This document shows, piece after piece, positions 24,801 to 39,466 of a DNA stretch of 64,000 nt. The notes beneath the pieces are model-generated. The model saw nothing but the letters and a program-made list of their open reading frames with translations. It made no database searches and was not told where the DNA came from. Each line of letters begins with the position of its first letter. Within the stretch, counting starts at the first letter, position 1. Origin of the DNA: the human T2T-CHM13v2.0 reference genome, Homo sapiens; NCBI RefSeq assembly GCF_009914755.1, contig NC_060944.1. The stretch is one strand, 5' to 3'. A program made the position numbers and the translations under genes.

Positions 24801-27800
24801 ACAAACAAGTTTCTGAGAATGCTGCTGTCTAGATTTTATGTGCGGATATTTCGTTTTCCACCATAGGCATCAAAACGCTCCAAATATCCAACCGCAGATT
24901 GTACAAAAATAGTGTTTCAAAACTGCTCTATCAAAAAAAAAGGTGCAACTCTGTGAGTTGAATGCACACATCACAAAGAAGTTTCAGAGAATGCTTCTGT
25001 CTAGTTTTTATGTGAAGATATTTCCTTTTACACCATAGGCCTCAAACCGCTCCAAATATCCACTTGCAGATTCTGCAAAAAGACTTTTTCAAAACTGCTC
25101 AATCAAAGGAAAGGGCAACTCTGTGAGTTGAATGCACACAACACAAACAAGATTCTGAGAATGCTGCTGTCTAGTTTTTATGTGCGGATATTTCCTTTTC
25201 CACCATAGGCATCAAAGCGCTCCAAATATCCAACTGCAGATTCTACAAAAAGAGTGTTTCAAAACTGCTCTATCAAAGAAAGTTTCAACTCTGTGAGTTG
25301 AATGCACACATCACAAAGACGTTTCTGAGAATGCTTCTGCTCTAGTTTTTTTGTGAAGGTGTTTCCTTTTCCACCATAGGCCTCAAAGCGCTCCAAATAT
25401 CCACTTGCAGATTCTTCAGAAAGAGTGTTTCAAAACTGCTCAATCATAGGAAAAGTTCAACTCTGTGAGTTGAATGCACACAACACAAAGAAGTTTCTGA
25501 GAATGCTTCTGTCTAGTTTTTATGTGAAGATATTTCCTTTTACACCATAGGCCTCAAACTGCTCCAAATATCCACTTGTGGATTCTACAAAAAGACTTTT
25601 TCAAAACTGCTCAATCAAAGGAAAGGTTCAACTCTGTGAGCTGAATGCACACAACACAAACAAGTTTCTGAGAATGCTGCTGTCTAGATTTTATGTGCGG
25701 ATATTTCATTTTACACCATAGGCATCAAAGCGCTCCAAATATCCAACCGCAGATTGTACAAAAATAGTGTTTCAAAACTGCTCTATCCAAAAAAAAGATT
25801 CAACTCTGTGAGTTGAATGCACACATCACAAAGAAGTTTCTGAGAATGCTTCTGCTCTAGTTTTTTTTGTGAAGGTGTTTCCTTTTCCACCATAGGCCTC
25901 GAAGCGCTCCAAATATCCACTTTCAGATTCCTGAAAAAGAGTGTTTTAAAACTCCTCTATCAACATAAGTGTTCAACTCTGTGAGTTGAATGCACTCATC
26001 ACAAGGATATTTCTGAGAATGCTTCCGCCTAGTTTTTATGTGTAGGTATTTCCTTTTCCACCATAGGCCTCAAAGCACTCCAAATATCCACTTTCAGATT
26101 CTAGAAAAAGAGTGATTTAAAACTGCTCTATCAACAGAAAGGTTCGACTCTGTGGGTTGAATGCACTTATCACAAAGAAGTTTCTGAGAATGCTTCTGTC
26201 TAGTTTTTATGTGAAGATATTTCCTTTTCCACCATAAGCCTCAAAGCGCTCCAAATATCTACTTACAGATTCTACAAAAAGAGTTTCAAAACTGCTCTAC
26301 AAAAGAAAGGTTCAACTCTGCGAGTTGAATTCACACATCACAAAGAAGTTTCAGAGAATGCTTCTGTCTAGTTTTTATGTGAAGATATTTCCTTTTACAC
26401 CATAGGCCTCAAACCGCTCCAAATATCCACTTGCAGATTCTGCAAAAAGACTTTTTCAAAACTGCTCAATCAAAGGAAAGGTCAACTCTGTGAGTTGAAT
26501 GCACACAACACAAACAAGTTTCTGAGAATGCTGCTGTCTTGTTTTTATGTGCGGATATTTCCTTTTCCACCATAGGCATCAAAGCGCTCCAAATATCCAA
26601 CTGCAGATTCTACAAAAAGAGTGTTTCAAAACTGCTCTATCAAAGAAAGGTTCAACTCTGTGAGTTGAATGCACACATCACAAAGACTTTTCTGAGAATG
26701 CTTCTGCTCTAGTTTTATTGTGAAGGTGTTTCCTTTTCCACCATAGGTCTCAAAGCGCTGCAAATATCCACTTGCAGATTCTTCAGAAAGAGTGTTTCAA
26801 AACTGCTCAATCATAGGAAAAGTTCAACTCTGTGAGTTGAATGCACACAACACAAAGAAGTTTCTGAGAATACTTCTGTCTAGTTTTTATGTGAAGATAT
26901 TTCCTTTTACACCATAGGCCTCAAACTGCTCCAAATATCCACTTGTGGATTCTACAAAAAGTCTTTTTCAAAACTGCTCAATCAAAGGAAAGGTTCAACT
27001 CTGTGAGTTGAATGCACACAACACAAACAAGTTTCTGAGAATGCTGCTGTCTAGATTTTATGTGCGGATATTTCATTTTCCACCATAGGCATCAAAGCGC
27101 TCCAAATATCCAACCGCAGATTGTACAAAAATAGTGTTTCAAAACTGCTCTATCAAATAAAAAGTTTCAACTCTTTGAGTTGAATGCACACATCAGAAAG
27201 AAGTTTCTGAGAATGCTTCTGCTCTAGTTTTTTTTTGTGAAGGTGTTTCCTTTTCCACCATAGTCCTCAAAGCGCTCCAAATATCCACTTTCAGATACCT
27301 GAAAAAGAGTGTTTTAAAACTCCTCTATCAACATAAATGTTCAACTCTGTGAGTTGAATGCACTCATCACAAAGATATTTCTGAGAATGCTTCCGCCTAG
27401 TTTTTATGTGTAGGTATTTCCTTTTCCACCATAGGCCTCAAAGCACTCCAAATATCCACTTTCAGATTCTAGAAAAAGAGTGATTTAAAACTGCTCTATC
27501 AACAGAAAGGTTCGACTCTGTGAGTTGAATGCACTTATCACAAAGAAGTTTCTGAGAATACTTCTGTCAAGTTTTTATGTGAAGATATTTCCTTTTCCAC
27601 CATAAGCCTCAAAGCGCTCCAAATATCTACTTACAGATTCTACAAAAAGAGTTTCAAAACTGCTCTACAAAAGAAAGGTTCAACTCTGTGAGTTGAATTC
27701 ACACATCACAAAGAAGTTTCAGAGAATGCTTCTGTCTAGTTTTTATGTGAAGATATTTCCTTTTACACCATAGGCCTCAAACCGCTCCAAATATCCACTT

Positions 27801-29500
27801 GCAGATTCTGCAAAAAGACTTTTTCAAAACTGCTCAATCAAAGGAAAGGTCAACTCTGTGAGTTGAATGCACACAACACAAACAAGTTTCTGAGAATGCT
27901 GCTGTCTAGTTTTTATGTGCGGATATTTCCTTTTCCACCATAGGCATCAAAGCGCTCCAAATCTCCAACTGCAGATTCTACAAAAAGAGTTTTTCAAAAC
28001 TGCTCTATCAAAGAAAGGTTCAACTCTGTGAGTTGAATGCACACATCACAAAGACGTTTCTGAGAATGCTTCTGCTCTAGTTTTTTTGTGAAGGTGTTTC
28101 CTTTTCCACCATAGGCCTCAAAGTGCTCCAAATATCCACTTGCAGATTCTTCAGAAAGAGTGTTTCAAAACTGCTCAATCATAGGAAAAGTTCAACTCTG
28201 TTAGTTGAATGCACACAACACAAAGAAGTTTCTGAGAATGCTTCTGTCTAGTTTTTATGTGAAGCTATTTCCTTTTACACCATAGGTCTCAAACTGCTCC
28301 AAATATCCACTTGTGGATTCTACAAAAAGACTTTTTCAAAACTGCTCAATCAAAGGAAAGGTTCAACTCTGTTAGCTGAATGCACACAACACAAACAAGT
28401 TTCTGAGAATGCTGCTGTCTAGATTTTATGTGCGGATATTTCGTTTTCCACCATAGGCATCAAAGCGCTCCAAATATCCAACCGCAGATTGTACAAAAAT
28501 AGTGTTTCAAAACTGCTCTATCAAAAAAAAAGGTGCAACTCTGTGAGTTGAATGCACACATCACAAAGAAGTTTCAGAGAATGCTTCTGTCTAGTTTTTA
28601 TGTGAAGATATTTCCTTTTACACCATAGGCCTCAAACCGCTCCAAATATCCACTTGCAGATTCTGCAAAAAGACTTTTTCAAAACTGCTCAATCAAAGGA
28701 AAGGGCAACTCTGTGAGTTGAATGCACACAACACAAACAAGATTCTGAGAATGCTGCTGTCTAGTTTTTATGTGCGGATATTTCCTTTTCCACCATAGGC
28801 ATCAAAGCGCTCCAAATATCCAACTGCAGATTCTACAAAAAGAGTGTTTCAAAACTGCTCTATCAAAGAAAGTTTCAACTCTGTGAGTTGAATGCACACA
28901 TCACAAAGACGTTTCTGAGAATGCTTCTGCTCTAGTTTTTTTGTGAAGGTGTTTCCTTTTCCACCATAGGCCTCAAAGCGCTCCAAATATCCACTTGCAG
29001 ATTCTTCAGAAAGAGTGTTTCAAAACTGCTCAATCATAGGAAAAGTTCAACTCTGTGAGTTGAATGCACACAACACAAAGAAGTTTCTGAGAATGCTTCT
29101 GTCTAGTTTTTATGTGAAGATATTTCCTTTTACACCATAGGCCTCAAACTGCTCCAAATATCCACTTGTGGATTCTACAAAAAGACTTTTTCAAAACTGC
29201 TCAATCAAAGGAAAGGTTCAACTCTGTGAGCTGAATGCACACAACACAAACAAGTTTCTGAGAATGCTGCTGTCTAGATTTTATGTGCGGATATTTCGTT
29301 TTCCACCACAGGCATCAAAGCGCTCCAAATATCCAACCGCAGATTGTACAAAAATAGTGTTTCAAAACTGCTCTATGAAAAAAAAAGGTTCAACTCTGTG
29401 AGTTGAATGCACACATCACAAAGAAGTTTCTGAGAATACTTCTGCTCTAGTTTTTTTTGTGAAGGTGTTTCCTTTTCCACCATAGGCCTCAAAGCGCTCC
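21900..29500 (-). repeat. Large intra-array duplication, copy 1 (period 8713 bp)
   Basis: Rare markers recur at +8713: CTTTCAAAGAAAGTTTCAAATCTGTGAATT 22881/31594; CTCAAATATCC 1-bp deletion 24708/33421; AGGTGCAAC 24941/33654 and 28531/37244; ORFs 29168/37881. Confidence 0.9.
24427..25280 (-). repeat. 5-mer HOR variant (A B C D/G H); also at ~28016, ~33140, ~36729 and ~46300
   Basis: C followed by AGGTGCAACTCTGTGAGTTGAA(T/C)GCACACATCACAAAGAAGTTTCAGAG (D head, G body) at 24941, 28531, 33654, 37244 and ~46815. Confidence 0.87.
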
Positions 29501-30612
29501 AAATATCCACTTTCAGATACCTGAAAAAGAGTGTTTTAAAACTCCTCTATCAACATAAGTGTTCAACTCTGTGAGTTGAATGCACTCATCACAAAGATAT
29601 TTCTGAGAATGCTTCCGCCTAGTTTTTATGTGTAGGTATTTCCTTTTCCACCATAGGCCTCAAAGCACTCCAAATATCCACTTTCAGATTCTAGAAAAAG
29701 AGTGATTTAAAACTGCTCTATCAACAGAAAGGTTCGACTCTGTGAGTTGAATGCACTTATCACAAAGAAGTTTCTGAGAATACTTCTGTCAAGTTTTTAT
29801 GTGAAGATATTTCCTTTTCCACCATAAGCCTCAAAGCGCTCCAAATATCTACTTACAGATTCTACAAAAAGAGTTTCAAAACTGCTCTACAAAAGAAAGG
29901 TTCAACTCTGTGAGTTGAATTCACACATCACAAAGAAGTTTCAGAGAATGCTTCTGTCTAGTTTTTATGTGAAGATATTTCCTTTTACACCATAGGCCTC
30001 AAACCGCTCCAAATATCCACTTGCAGATTCTGCAAAAAGACTTTTTCAAAACTGCTCAATCAAAGGAAAGGTCAACTCTGTGAGTTGAATGCACACAACA
30101 CAAACAAGTTTCTGAGAATGCTGCTGTCTAGTTTTTATGTGCGGATATTTCCTTTTCCACCATAGGCATCAAAGCGCTCCAAATCTCCAACTGCAGATTC
30201 TACAAAAAGAGTTTTTCAAAACTGCTCTATCAAAGAAAGGTTCAACTCTGTGAGTTGAATGCACACATCACAAAGACGTTTCTGAGAATGCTTCTGCTCT
30301 AGTTTTTTTGTGAAGGTGTTTCCTTTTCCACCATAGGCCTCAAAGTGCTCCAAATATCCACTTGCAGATTCTTCAGAAAGAGTGTTTCAAAACTGCTCAA
30401 TCATAGGAAAAGTTCAACTCTGTTAGTTGAATGCACACAACACAAAGAAGTTTCTGAGAATGCTTCTGTCTAGTTTTTATGTGAAGCTATTTCCTTTTAC
30501 ACCATAGGTCTCAAACTGCTCCAAATATCCACTTGTGGATTCTACAAAAAGACTTTTTCAAAACTGCTCAATCAAAGGAAAGGTTCAACTCTGTTAGCTG
30601 AATGCACACAAC

Positions 30613-33600
30613 ACAAACAAGTTTCTGAGAATGCTGCTGTCTAGATTTTATGTGCGGATATTTCATTTTACACCATAGGCATCAAAGCGCTCCAAATATC
30701 CAACCGCAGATTGTACAAAAATAGTGTTTCAAAACTGCTCTATCCAAAAAAAAGATTCAACTCTGTGAGTTGAATGCACACATCACAAAGAAGTTTCTGA
30801 GAATGCTTCTGCTCTAGTTTTTTTTGTGAAGGTGTTTCCTTTTCCACCATAGGCCTCGAAGCGCTCCAAATATCCACTTTCAGATTCCTGAAAAAGAGTG
30901 TTTTAAAACTCCTCTATCAACATAAGTGTTCAACTCTGTGAGTTGAATGCACTCATCACAAGGATATTTCTGAGAATGCTTCCGCCTAGTTTTTATGTGT
31001 AGGTATTTCCTTTTCCACCATAGGCCTCAAAGCACTCCAAATATCCACTTTCAGATTCTAGAAAAAGAGTGATTTAAAACTGCTCTATCAACAGAAAGGT
31101 TCGACTCTGTGGGTTGAATGCACTTATCACAAAGAAGTTTCTGAGAATGCTTCTGTCTAGTTTTTATGTGAAGATATTTCCTTTTCCACCATAAGCCTCA
31201 AAGCGCTCCAAATATCTACTTACAGATTCTACAAAAAGAGTTTCAAAACTGCTCTACAAAAGAAAGGTTCAACTCTGCGAGTTGAATTCACACATCACAA
31301 AGAAGTTTCAGAGAATGCTTCTGTCTAGTTTTTATGTGAAGATATTTCCTTTTACACCATAGGCCTCAAACCGCTCCAAATATCCACTTGCAGATTCTGC
31401 AAAAAGACTTTTTCAAAACTGCTCAATCAAAGGAAAGCTCAACTCTGTGAGTTGAATGCACACAACACAAACAAGTTTCTGAGAATGCTGCTGTCTAGTT
31501 TTTATGTGCGGATATTTCCTTTTCCACCATAGGCATCAAAGCGCTCCAAATATCCAACTGCAGATTCTACAAAAAGAGTGTTTCAAAACTGCTCTTTCAA
31601 AGAAAGTTTCAAATCTGTGAATTGAATGCACACATCACAAAGACGTTTCTGAGAATGCTTCTGCTCTATTTTTATTGTGAAGGTGTTTCCTTTTCCACCA
31701 TAGGCCTCAAAGAGCTCCAAATATCCACTTGCAGATTCTTCAGAAGGAGTGTTTCAAAACTGCTCAGTCATAGGAAAAGTTCAACTCTGTGAGTTGAATG
31801 CACTTATCACAAAGAAGTTTCTGAGAATGCTTCTGTCTAGTTTTTATGTGAAGATATTTCCTTTTCCACCATAAGCCTCAAAGCGCTCCAAATATCTACT
31901 TACAGATTCTACAAAAAGAGTTTCAAAACTGCTCTACAAAAGAAAGGTTCAATTCTGCGAGTTGAATTCACACATCACAAAGAAGTTTCAGAGAATGCTT
32001 CTGTCTAGTTTTTATGTGAAGATATTTCCTTTTACACCATAGGCCTCAAACCGCTCCAAATATCCACTTGCAGATTCTGCAAGAAGACTTTTTCAAAACT
32101 GCTCAATCAAAGGAAAGGTCAACTCTGTGAGTTGAATGCACACAACACAAACAAGTTTCTGAGAATGCTGCTGTCTAGATTTTATGTGCGGATATTTCGT
32201 TTTCCACCATAGGCATCAAAGCGCTTCAAATATCCAACCGCAGATTGTACAAAAATAGTGTTTCAAAACCGCTCTATCAAAAAAAAGGTTTCAACTCTTT
32301 GAGTTGAATGCACACATCAGAAAGAAGTTTCTGAGAATGCTTCTGCTCTAGTTTTTTTTTGTGAAGGTGTTTCCTTTTCCACCATAGTCCTCAAAGCGCT
32401 CCAAATATCCACTTTCAGATACCTGAAAAAGAGTGTTTTAAAACTCCTCTATCAACATAAATGTTCAACTCTGTGAGTTGAATGCACTCATCACAAAGAT
32501 ATTTCTGAGAATGCTTCCGCCTAGTTTTTATGTGTAGGTATTTCCTTTTCCACCATAGGCCTCAAAGCACTCCAAATATCCACTTTCAGATTCTAGAAAA
32601 AGAGTGATTTAAAACTGCTCTATCAACAGAAAGGTTCGACTCAGTGAGTTGAATGCACTTATCACAAAGAAGTTTCTGAGAATACTTCTGTCAAGTTTTT
32701 ATGTGAAGATATTTCCTTTTCCACCATAAGCCTCAAAGCGCTCCAAATATCTACTTACAGATTCTACAAAAAGAGTTTCAAAACTGCTCTACAAAAGAAA
32801 GGTTCAACTCTGTGAGTTGAATTCACACATCACAAAGAAGTTTCAGAGAATGCTTCTGTCTAGTTTTTATGTGAAGATATTTCCTTTTACACCATAGGCC
32901 TCAAACCGCTCCAAATATCCACTTGCAGATTCTGCAAAAAGACTTTTTCAAAACTGCTCAATCAAAGGAAAGGTCAACTCTGTGAGTTGAATGCACACAA
33001 CACAAACAAGTTTCTGAGAATGCTGCTGTCTAGTTTTTATGTGCGGATATTTCCTTTTCCACCATAGGCATCAAAGCGCTCCAAATATCCAACTGCAGAT
33101 TCTACAAAAAGTGTGTTTCAAAACTGCTCTATCAAAGAAAGGTTCAACTCTGTGAGTTGAATGCACACATCACAAAGACGTTTCTGAGAATGCTTCTGCT
33201 CTAGTTTTTTTGTGAAGGTGTTTCCTTTTCCACCATAGGCCTCAAAGCGCTCCAAATATCCACTTGCAGATTCTTCAGAAAGAGTGTTTCAAAACTGCTC
33301 AATCATAGGAAAAGTTCAACTCTGTGAGTTGAATGCACACAACACAAAGAAGTTTCTGAGAATGCTTCTGTCTAGTTTTTATGTGAAGCTATTTCCTTTT
33401 ACACCATAGGTCTCAAACTGCTCAAATATCCACTTGTGGATTCTACAAAAAGACTTTTTCAAAACTGCTCAATCAAAGGAAAGGTTCAACTCTGTTAGCT
33501 GAATGCACACAACACAAACAAGTTTCTGAGAATGCTGCTGTCTAGATTTTATGTGCGGATATTTCGTTTTCCACCATAGGCATCAAAACGCTCCAAATAT

Positions 33601-36600
33601 CCAACCGCAGATTGTACAAAAATAGTGTTTCAAAACTGCTCTATCAAAAAAAAAGGTGCAACTCTGTGAGTTGAATGCACACATCACAAAGAAGTTTCAG
33701 AGAATGCTTCTGTCTAGTTTTTATGTGAAGATATTTCCTTTTACACCATAGGCCTCAAACCGCTCCAAATATCCACTTGCAGATTCTGCAAAAAGACTTT
33801 TTCAAAACTGCTCAATCAAAGGAAAGGGCAACTCTGTGAGTTGAATGCACACAACACAAACAAGATTCTGAGAATGCTGCTGTCTAGTTTTTATGTGCGG
33901 ATATTTCCTTTTCCACCATAGGCATCAAAGCGCTCCAAATATCCAACTGCAGATTCTACAAAAAGAGTGTTTCAAAACTGCTCTATCAAAGAAAGTTTCA
34001 ACTCTGTGAGTTGAATGCACACATCACAAAGACGTTTCTGAGAATGCTTCTGCTCTAGTTTTTTTGTGAAGGTGTTTCCTTTTCCACCATAGGCCTCAAA
34101 GCGCTCCAAATATCCACTTGCAGATTCTTCAGAAAGAGTGTTTCAAAACTGCTCAATCATAGGAAAAGTTCAACTCTGTGAGTTGAATGCACACAACACA
34201 AAGAAGTTTCTGAGAATGCTTCTGTCTAGTTTTTATGTGAAGATATTTCCTTTTACACCATAGGCCTCAAACTGCTCCAAATATCCACTTGTGGATTCTA
34301 CAAAAAGACTTTTTCAAAACTGCTCAATCAAAGGAAAGGTTCAACTCTGTGAGCTGAATGCACACAACACAAACAAGTTTCTGAGAATGCTGCTGTCTAG
34401 ATTTTATGTGCGGATATTTCATTTTACACCATAGGCATCAAAGCGCTCCAAATATCCAACCGCAGATTGTACAAAAATAGTGTTTCAAAACTGCTCTATC
34501 CAAAAAAAAGATTCAACTCTGTGAGTTGAATGCACACATCACAAAGAAGTTTCTGAGAATGCTTCTGCTCTAGTTTTTTTTGTGAAGGTGTTTCCTTTTC
34601 CACCATAGGCCTCGAAGCGCTCCAAATATCCACTTTCAGATTCCTGAAAAAGAGTGTTTTAAAACTCCTCTATCAACATAAGTGTTCAACTCTGTGAGTT
34701 GAATGCACTCATCACAAGGATATTTCTGAGAATGCTTCCGCCTAGTTTTTATGTGTAGGTATTTCCTTTTCCACCATAGGCCTCAAAGCACTCCAAATAT
34801 CCACTTTCAGATTCTAGAAAAAGAGTGATTTAAAACTGCTCTATCAACAGAAAGGTTCGACTCTGTGGGTTGAATGCACTTATCACAAAGAAGTTTCTGA
34901 GAATGCTTCTGTCTAGTTTTTATGTGAAGATATTTCCTTTTCCACCATAAGCCTCAAAGCGCTCCAAATATCTACTTACAGATTCTACAAAAAGAGTTTC
35001 AAAACTGCTCTACAAAAGAAAGGTTCAACTCTGCGAGTTGAATTCACACATCACAAAGAAGTTTCAGAGAATGCTTCTGTCTAGTTTTTATGTGAAGATA
35101 TTTCCTTTTACACCATAGGCCTCAAACCGCTCCAAATATCCACTTGCAGATTCTGCAAAAAGACTTTTTCAAAACTGCTCAATCAAAGGAAAGGTCAACT
35201 CTGTGAGTTGAATGCACACAACACAAACAAGTTTCTGAGAATGCTGCTGTCTTGTTTTTATGTGCGGATATTTCCTTTTCCACCATAGGCATCAAAGCGC
35301 TCCAAATATCCAACTGCAGATTCTACAAAAAGAGTGTTTCAAAACTGCTCTATCAAAGAAAGGTTCAACTCTGTGAGTTGAATGCACACATCACAAAGAC
35401 TTTTCTGAGAATGCTTCTGCTCTAGTTTTATTGTGAAGGTGTTTCCTTTTCCACCATAGGTCTCAAAGCGCTGCAAATATCCACTTGCAGATTCTTCAGA
35501 AAGAGTGTTTCAAAACTGCTCAATCATAGGAAAAGTTCAACTCTGTGAGTTGAATGCACACAACACAAAGAAGTTTCTGAGAATACTTCTGTCTAGTTTT
35601 TATGTGAAGATATTTCCTTTTACACCATAGGCCTCAAACTGCTCCAAATATCCACTTGTGGATTCTACAAAAAGTCTTTTTCAAAACTGCTCAATCAAAG
35701 GAAAGGTTCAACTCTGTGAGTTGAATGCACACAACACAAACAAGTTTCTGAGAATGCTGCTGTCTAGATTTTATGTGCGGATATTTCATTTTCCACCATA
35801 GGCATCAAAGCGCTCCAAATATCCAACCGCAGATTGTACAAAAATAGTGTTTCAAAACTGCTCTATCAAATAAAAAGTTTCAACTCTTTGAGTTGAATGC
35901 ACACATCAGAAAGAAGTTTCTGAGAATGCTTCTGCTCTAGTTTTTTTTTGTGAAGGTGTTTCCTTTTCCACCATAGTCCTCAAAGCGCTCCAAATATCCA
36001 CTTTCAGATACCTGAAAAAGAGTGTTTTAAAACTCCTCTATCAACATAAATGTTCAACTCTGTGAGTTGAATGCACTCATCACAAAGATATTTCTGAGAA
36101 TGCTTCCGCCTAGTTTTTATGTGTAGGTATTTCCTTTTCCACCATAGGCCTCAAAGCACTCCAAATATCCACTTTCAGATTCTAGAAAAAGAGTGATTTA
36201 AAACTGCTCTATCAACAGAAAGGTTCGACTCTGTGAGTTGAAAGCACTTATCACAAAGAAGTTTCTGAGAATACTTCTGTCAAGTTTTTATGTGAAGATA
36301 TTTCCTTTTCCACCATAAGCCTCAAAGCGCTCCAAATATCTACTTACAGATTCTACAAAAAGAGTTTCAAAACTGCTCTACAAAAGAAAGGTTCAACTCT
36401 GTGAGTTGAATTCACACATCACAAAGAAGTTTCAGAGAATGCTTCTGTCTAGTTTTTATGTGAAGATATTTCCTTTTACACCATAGGCCTCAAACCGCTC
36501 CAAATATCCACTTGCAGATTCTGCAAAAAGACTTTTTCAAAACTGCTCAATCAAAGGAAAGGTCAACTCTGTGAGTTGAATGCACACAACACAAACAAGT

Positions 36601-38213
36601 TTCTGAGAATGCTGCTGTCTAGTTTTTATGTGCGGATATTTCCTTTTCCACCATAGGCATCAAAGCGCTCCAAATCTCCAACTGCAGATTCTACAAAAAG
36701 AGTTTTTCAAAACTGCTCTATCAAAGAAAGGTTCAACTCTGTGAGTTGAATGCACACATCACAAAGACGTTTCTGAGAATGCTTCTGCTCTAGTTTTTTT
36801 GTGAAGGTGTTTCCTTTTCCACCATAGGCCTCAAAGTGCTCCAAATATCCACTTGCAGATTCTTCAGAAAGAGTGTTTCAAAACTGCTCAATCATAGGAA
36901 AAGTTCAACTCTGTTAGTTGAATGCACACAACACAAAGAAGTTTCTGAGAATGCTTCTGTCTAGTTTTTATGTGAAGCTATTTCCTTTTACACCATAGGT
37001 CTCAAACTGCTCCAAATATCCACTTGTGGATTCTACAAAAAGACTTTTTCAAAACTGCTCAATCAAAGGAAAGGTTCAACTCTGTTAGCTGAATGCACAC
37101 AACACAAACAAGTTTCTGAGAATGCTGCTGTCTAGATTTTATGTGCGGATATTTCGTTTTCCACCATAGGCATCAAAGCGCTCCAAATATCCAACCGCAG
37201 ATTGTACAAAAATAGTGTTTCAAAACTGCTCTATCAAAAAAAAAGGTGCAACTCTGTGAGTTGAATGCACACATCACAAAGAAGTTTCAGAGAATGCTTC
37301 TGTCTAGTTTTTATGTGAAGATATTTCCTTTTACACCATAGGCCTCAAACCGCTCCAAATATCCACTTGCAGATTCTGCAAAAAGACTTTTTCAAAACTG
37401 CTCAATCAAAGGAAAGGGCAACTCTGTGAGTTGAATGCACACAACACAAACAAGATTCTGAGAATGCTGCTGTCTAGTTTTTATGTGCGGATATTTCCTT
37501 TTCCACCATAGGCATCAAAGCGCTCCAAATATCCAACTGCAGATTCTACAAAAAGAGTGTTTCAAAACTGCTCTATCAAAGAAAGTTTCAACTCTGTGAG
37601 TTGAATGCACACATCACAAAGACGTTTCTGAGAATGCTTCTGCTCTAGTTTTTTTGTGAAGGTGTTTCCTTTTCCACCATAGGCCTCAAAGCGCTCCAAA
37701 TATCCACTTGCAGATTCTTCAGAAAGAGTGTTTCAAAACTGCTCAATCATAGGAAAAGTTCAACTCTGTGAGTTGAATGCACACAACACAAAGAAGTTTC
37801 TGAGAATGCTTCTGTCTAGTTTTTATGTGAAGATATTTCCTTTTACACCATAGGCCTCAAACTGCTCCAAATATCCACTTGTGGATTCTACAAAAAGACT
37901 TTTTCAAAACTGCTCAATCAAAGGAAAGGTTCAACTCTGTGAGCTGAATGCACACAACACAAACAAGTTTCTGAGAATGCTGCTGTCTAGATTTTATGTG
38001 CGGATATTTCGTTTTCCACCACAGGCATCAAAGCGCTCCAAATATCCAACCGCAGATTGTACAAAAATAGTGTTTCAAAACTGCTCTATCAAAAAAAAAG
38101 GTTCAACTCTGTGAGTTGAATGCACACATCACAAAGAAGTTTCTGAGAATACTTCTGCTCTAGTTTTTTTTGTGAAGGTGTTTCCTTTTCCACCATAGGC
38201 CTCAAAGCGCTCC
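30613..38213 (-). repeat. Large intra-array duplication, copy 2
   Basis: Same monomer order, hybrid monomers and rare SNPs as 21900-29500, shifted by 8713. Confidence 0.9.
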
Positions 38214-39466
38214 AAATATCCACTTTCAGATTCCTGAAAAAGAGTGTTTTAAAACTCCTCTATCAACATAAGTGTTCAACTCTGTGAGTTGAATGCACTC
38301 ATCACAAAGATATTTCTGAGAATGCTTCCGCCTAGTTTTTATGTGTAGGTATTTCCTTTTCCACCATAGGCCTCAAAGCACTCCAAATATCCACTTTCAG
38401 ATTCTAGAAAAAGAGTGATTTAAAACTGTTCTATCAACAGAAAGGTTCTACTCTGTGGGTTGAATGCACTTATCACAAAGAAGTTTCAGAGAATGCTTCT
38501 GTCTAGTTTTTATGTGAAGATATTTCGTTTTACACCATAGGCCTCAAACCGCTCCAAATATCCACTTGCAGATTCTGCAAAAAGACTTTTTCAAAACTGC
38601 TCAATCAAAGGAAAGGTCAACTCTGTGAGCTGAATGCACACAACACAAACAGGTTTCTGAGAATGCTGCTGTCTAGATTTTATGTGTGGATATTTCGTTC
38701 TCCACCATAGGCATCAAAGCGCTCCAAATATCCTACCGCAGATTGTACAAAAATAGTGTTTCAAAACCGCTCTATCAAAAAAAAAGATTCAACTCTGTGA
38801 GTTGAATGCACACATCACAAAGAAGTTTCTGAGAATGCTTCTGCTCTAGTTTTTTTTGTGAGGTGTTTCCTTTTCCACCATAGGCCTCAAAGCGCTCCAA
38901 ATATCCACTTTCAGATTCCTGAAAAAGAGTGTTTTAAAACTCCTCTATCAACATAAGTGTTCAACTCTGTGAGTTGAATGCACTCATCACAAAGATATTT
39001 CTGAGAATGCTTCCGCCTAGTTTTTATGTGTAGGTATTTCCTTTTCCACCATAGGCCTCAAAGCACTCCAAATATCCACTTTCAGATTCTAGAAAAAGAG
39101 TGATTTAAAACTGCTCTATCAACAGAAAGGTTCTACTCTGTGGGTTGAATGCACTTATCACAAAGAAATTTCTGAGAATGCTTCTGTCTAGTTTTTATGT
39201 GAAGATATTTCCTTTTCCACCATAAGCCTCAAAGCGCTCCAAATATCTACTTACAGATTCTACAAAAAGAGTTTCAAAACTGCTCTACAAAAGAAAGGTT
39301 CAACTCTGCGAGTTGAATTCACACATCACAAAGAAGTTTCAGAGAATGCTTCTGTCTAGTTTTTATGTGAAGATATTTCCTTTTACACCATAGGCCTCAA
39401 ACCGCTCCAAATATCCACTTGCAGATTCTGCAAAAAGACTTTTTCAAAACTGCTCAATCAAAGGAA

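Noticed and set aside
6790-24990. G/D (11-mer) and D/G (5-mer) hybrids as reciprocal products of one crossover
   Set aside because: The breakpoints differ: G/D switches late in the monomer (CAGATTC), whereas D/G switches within the first ~45 bp.
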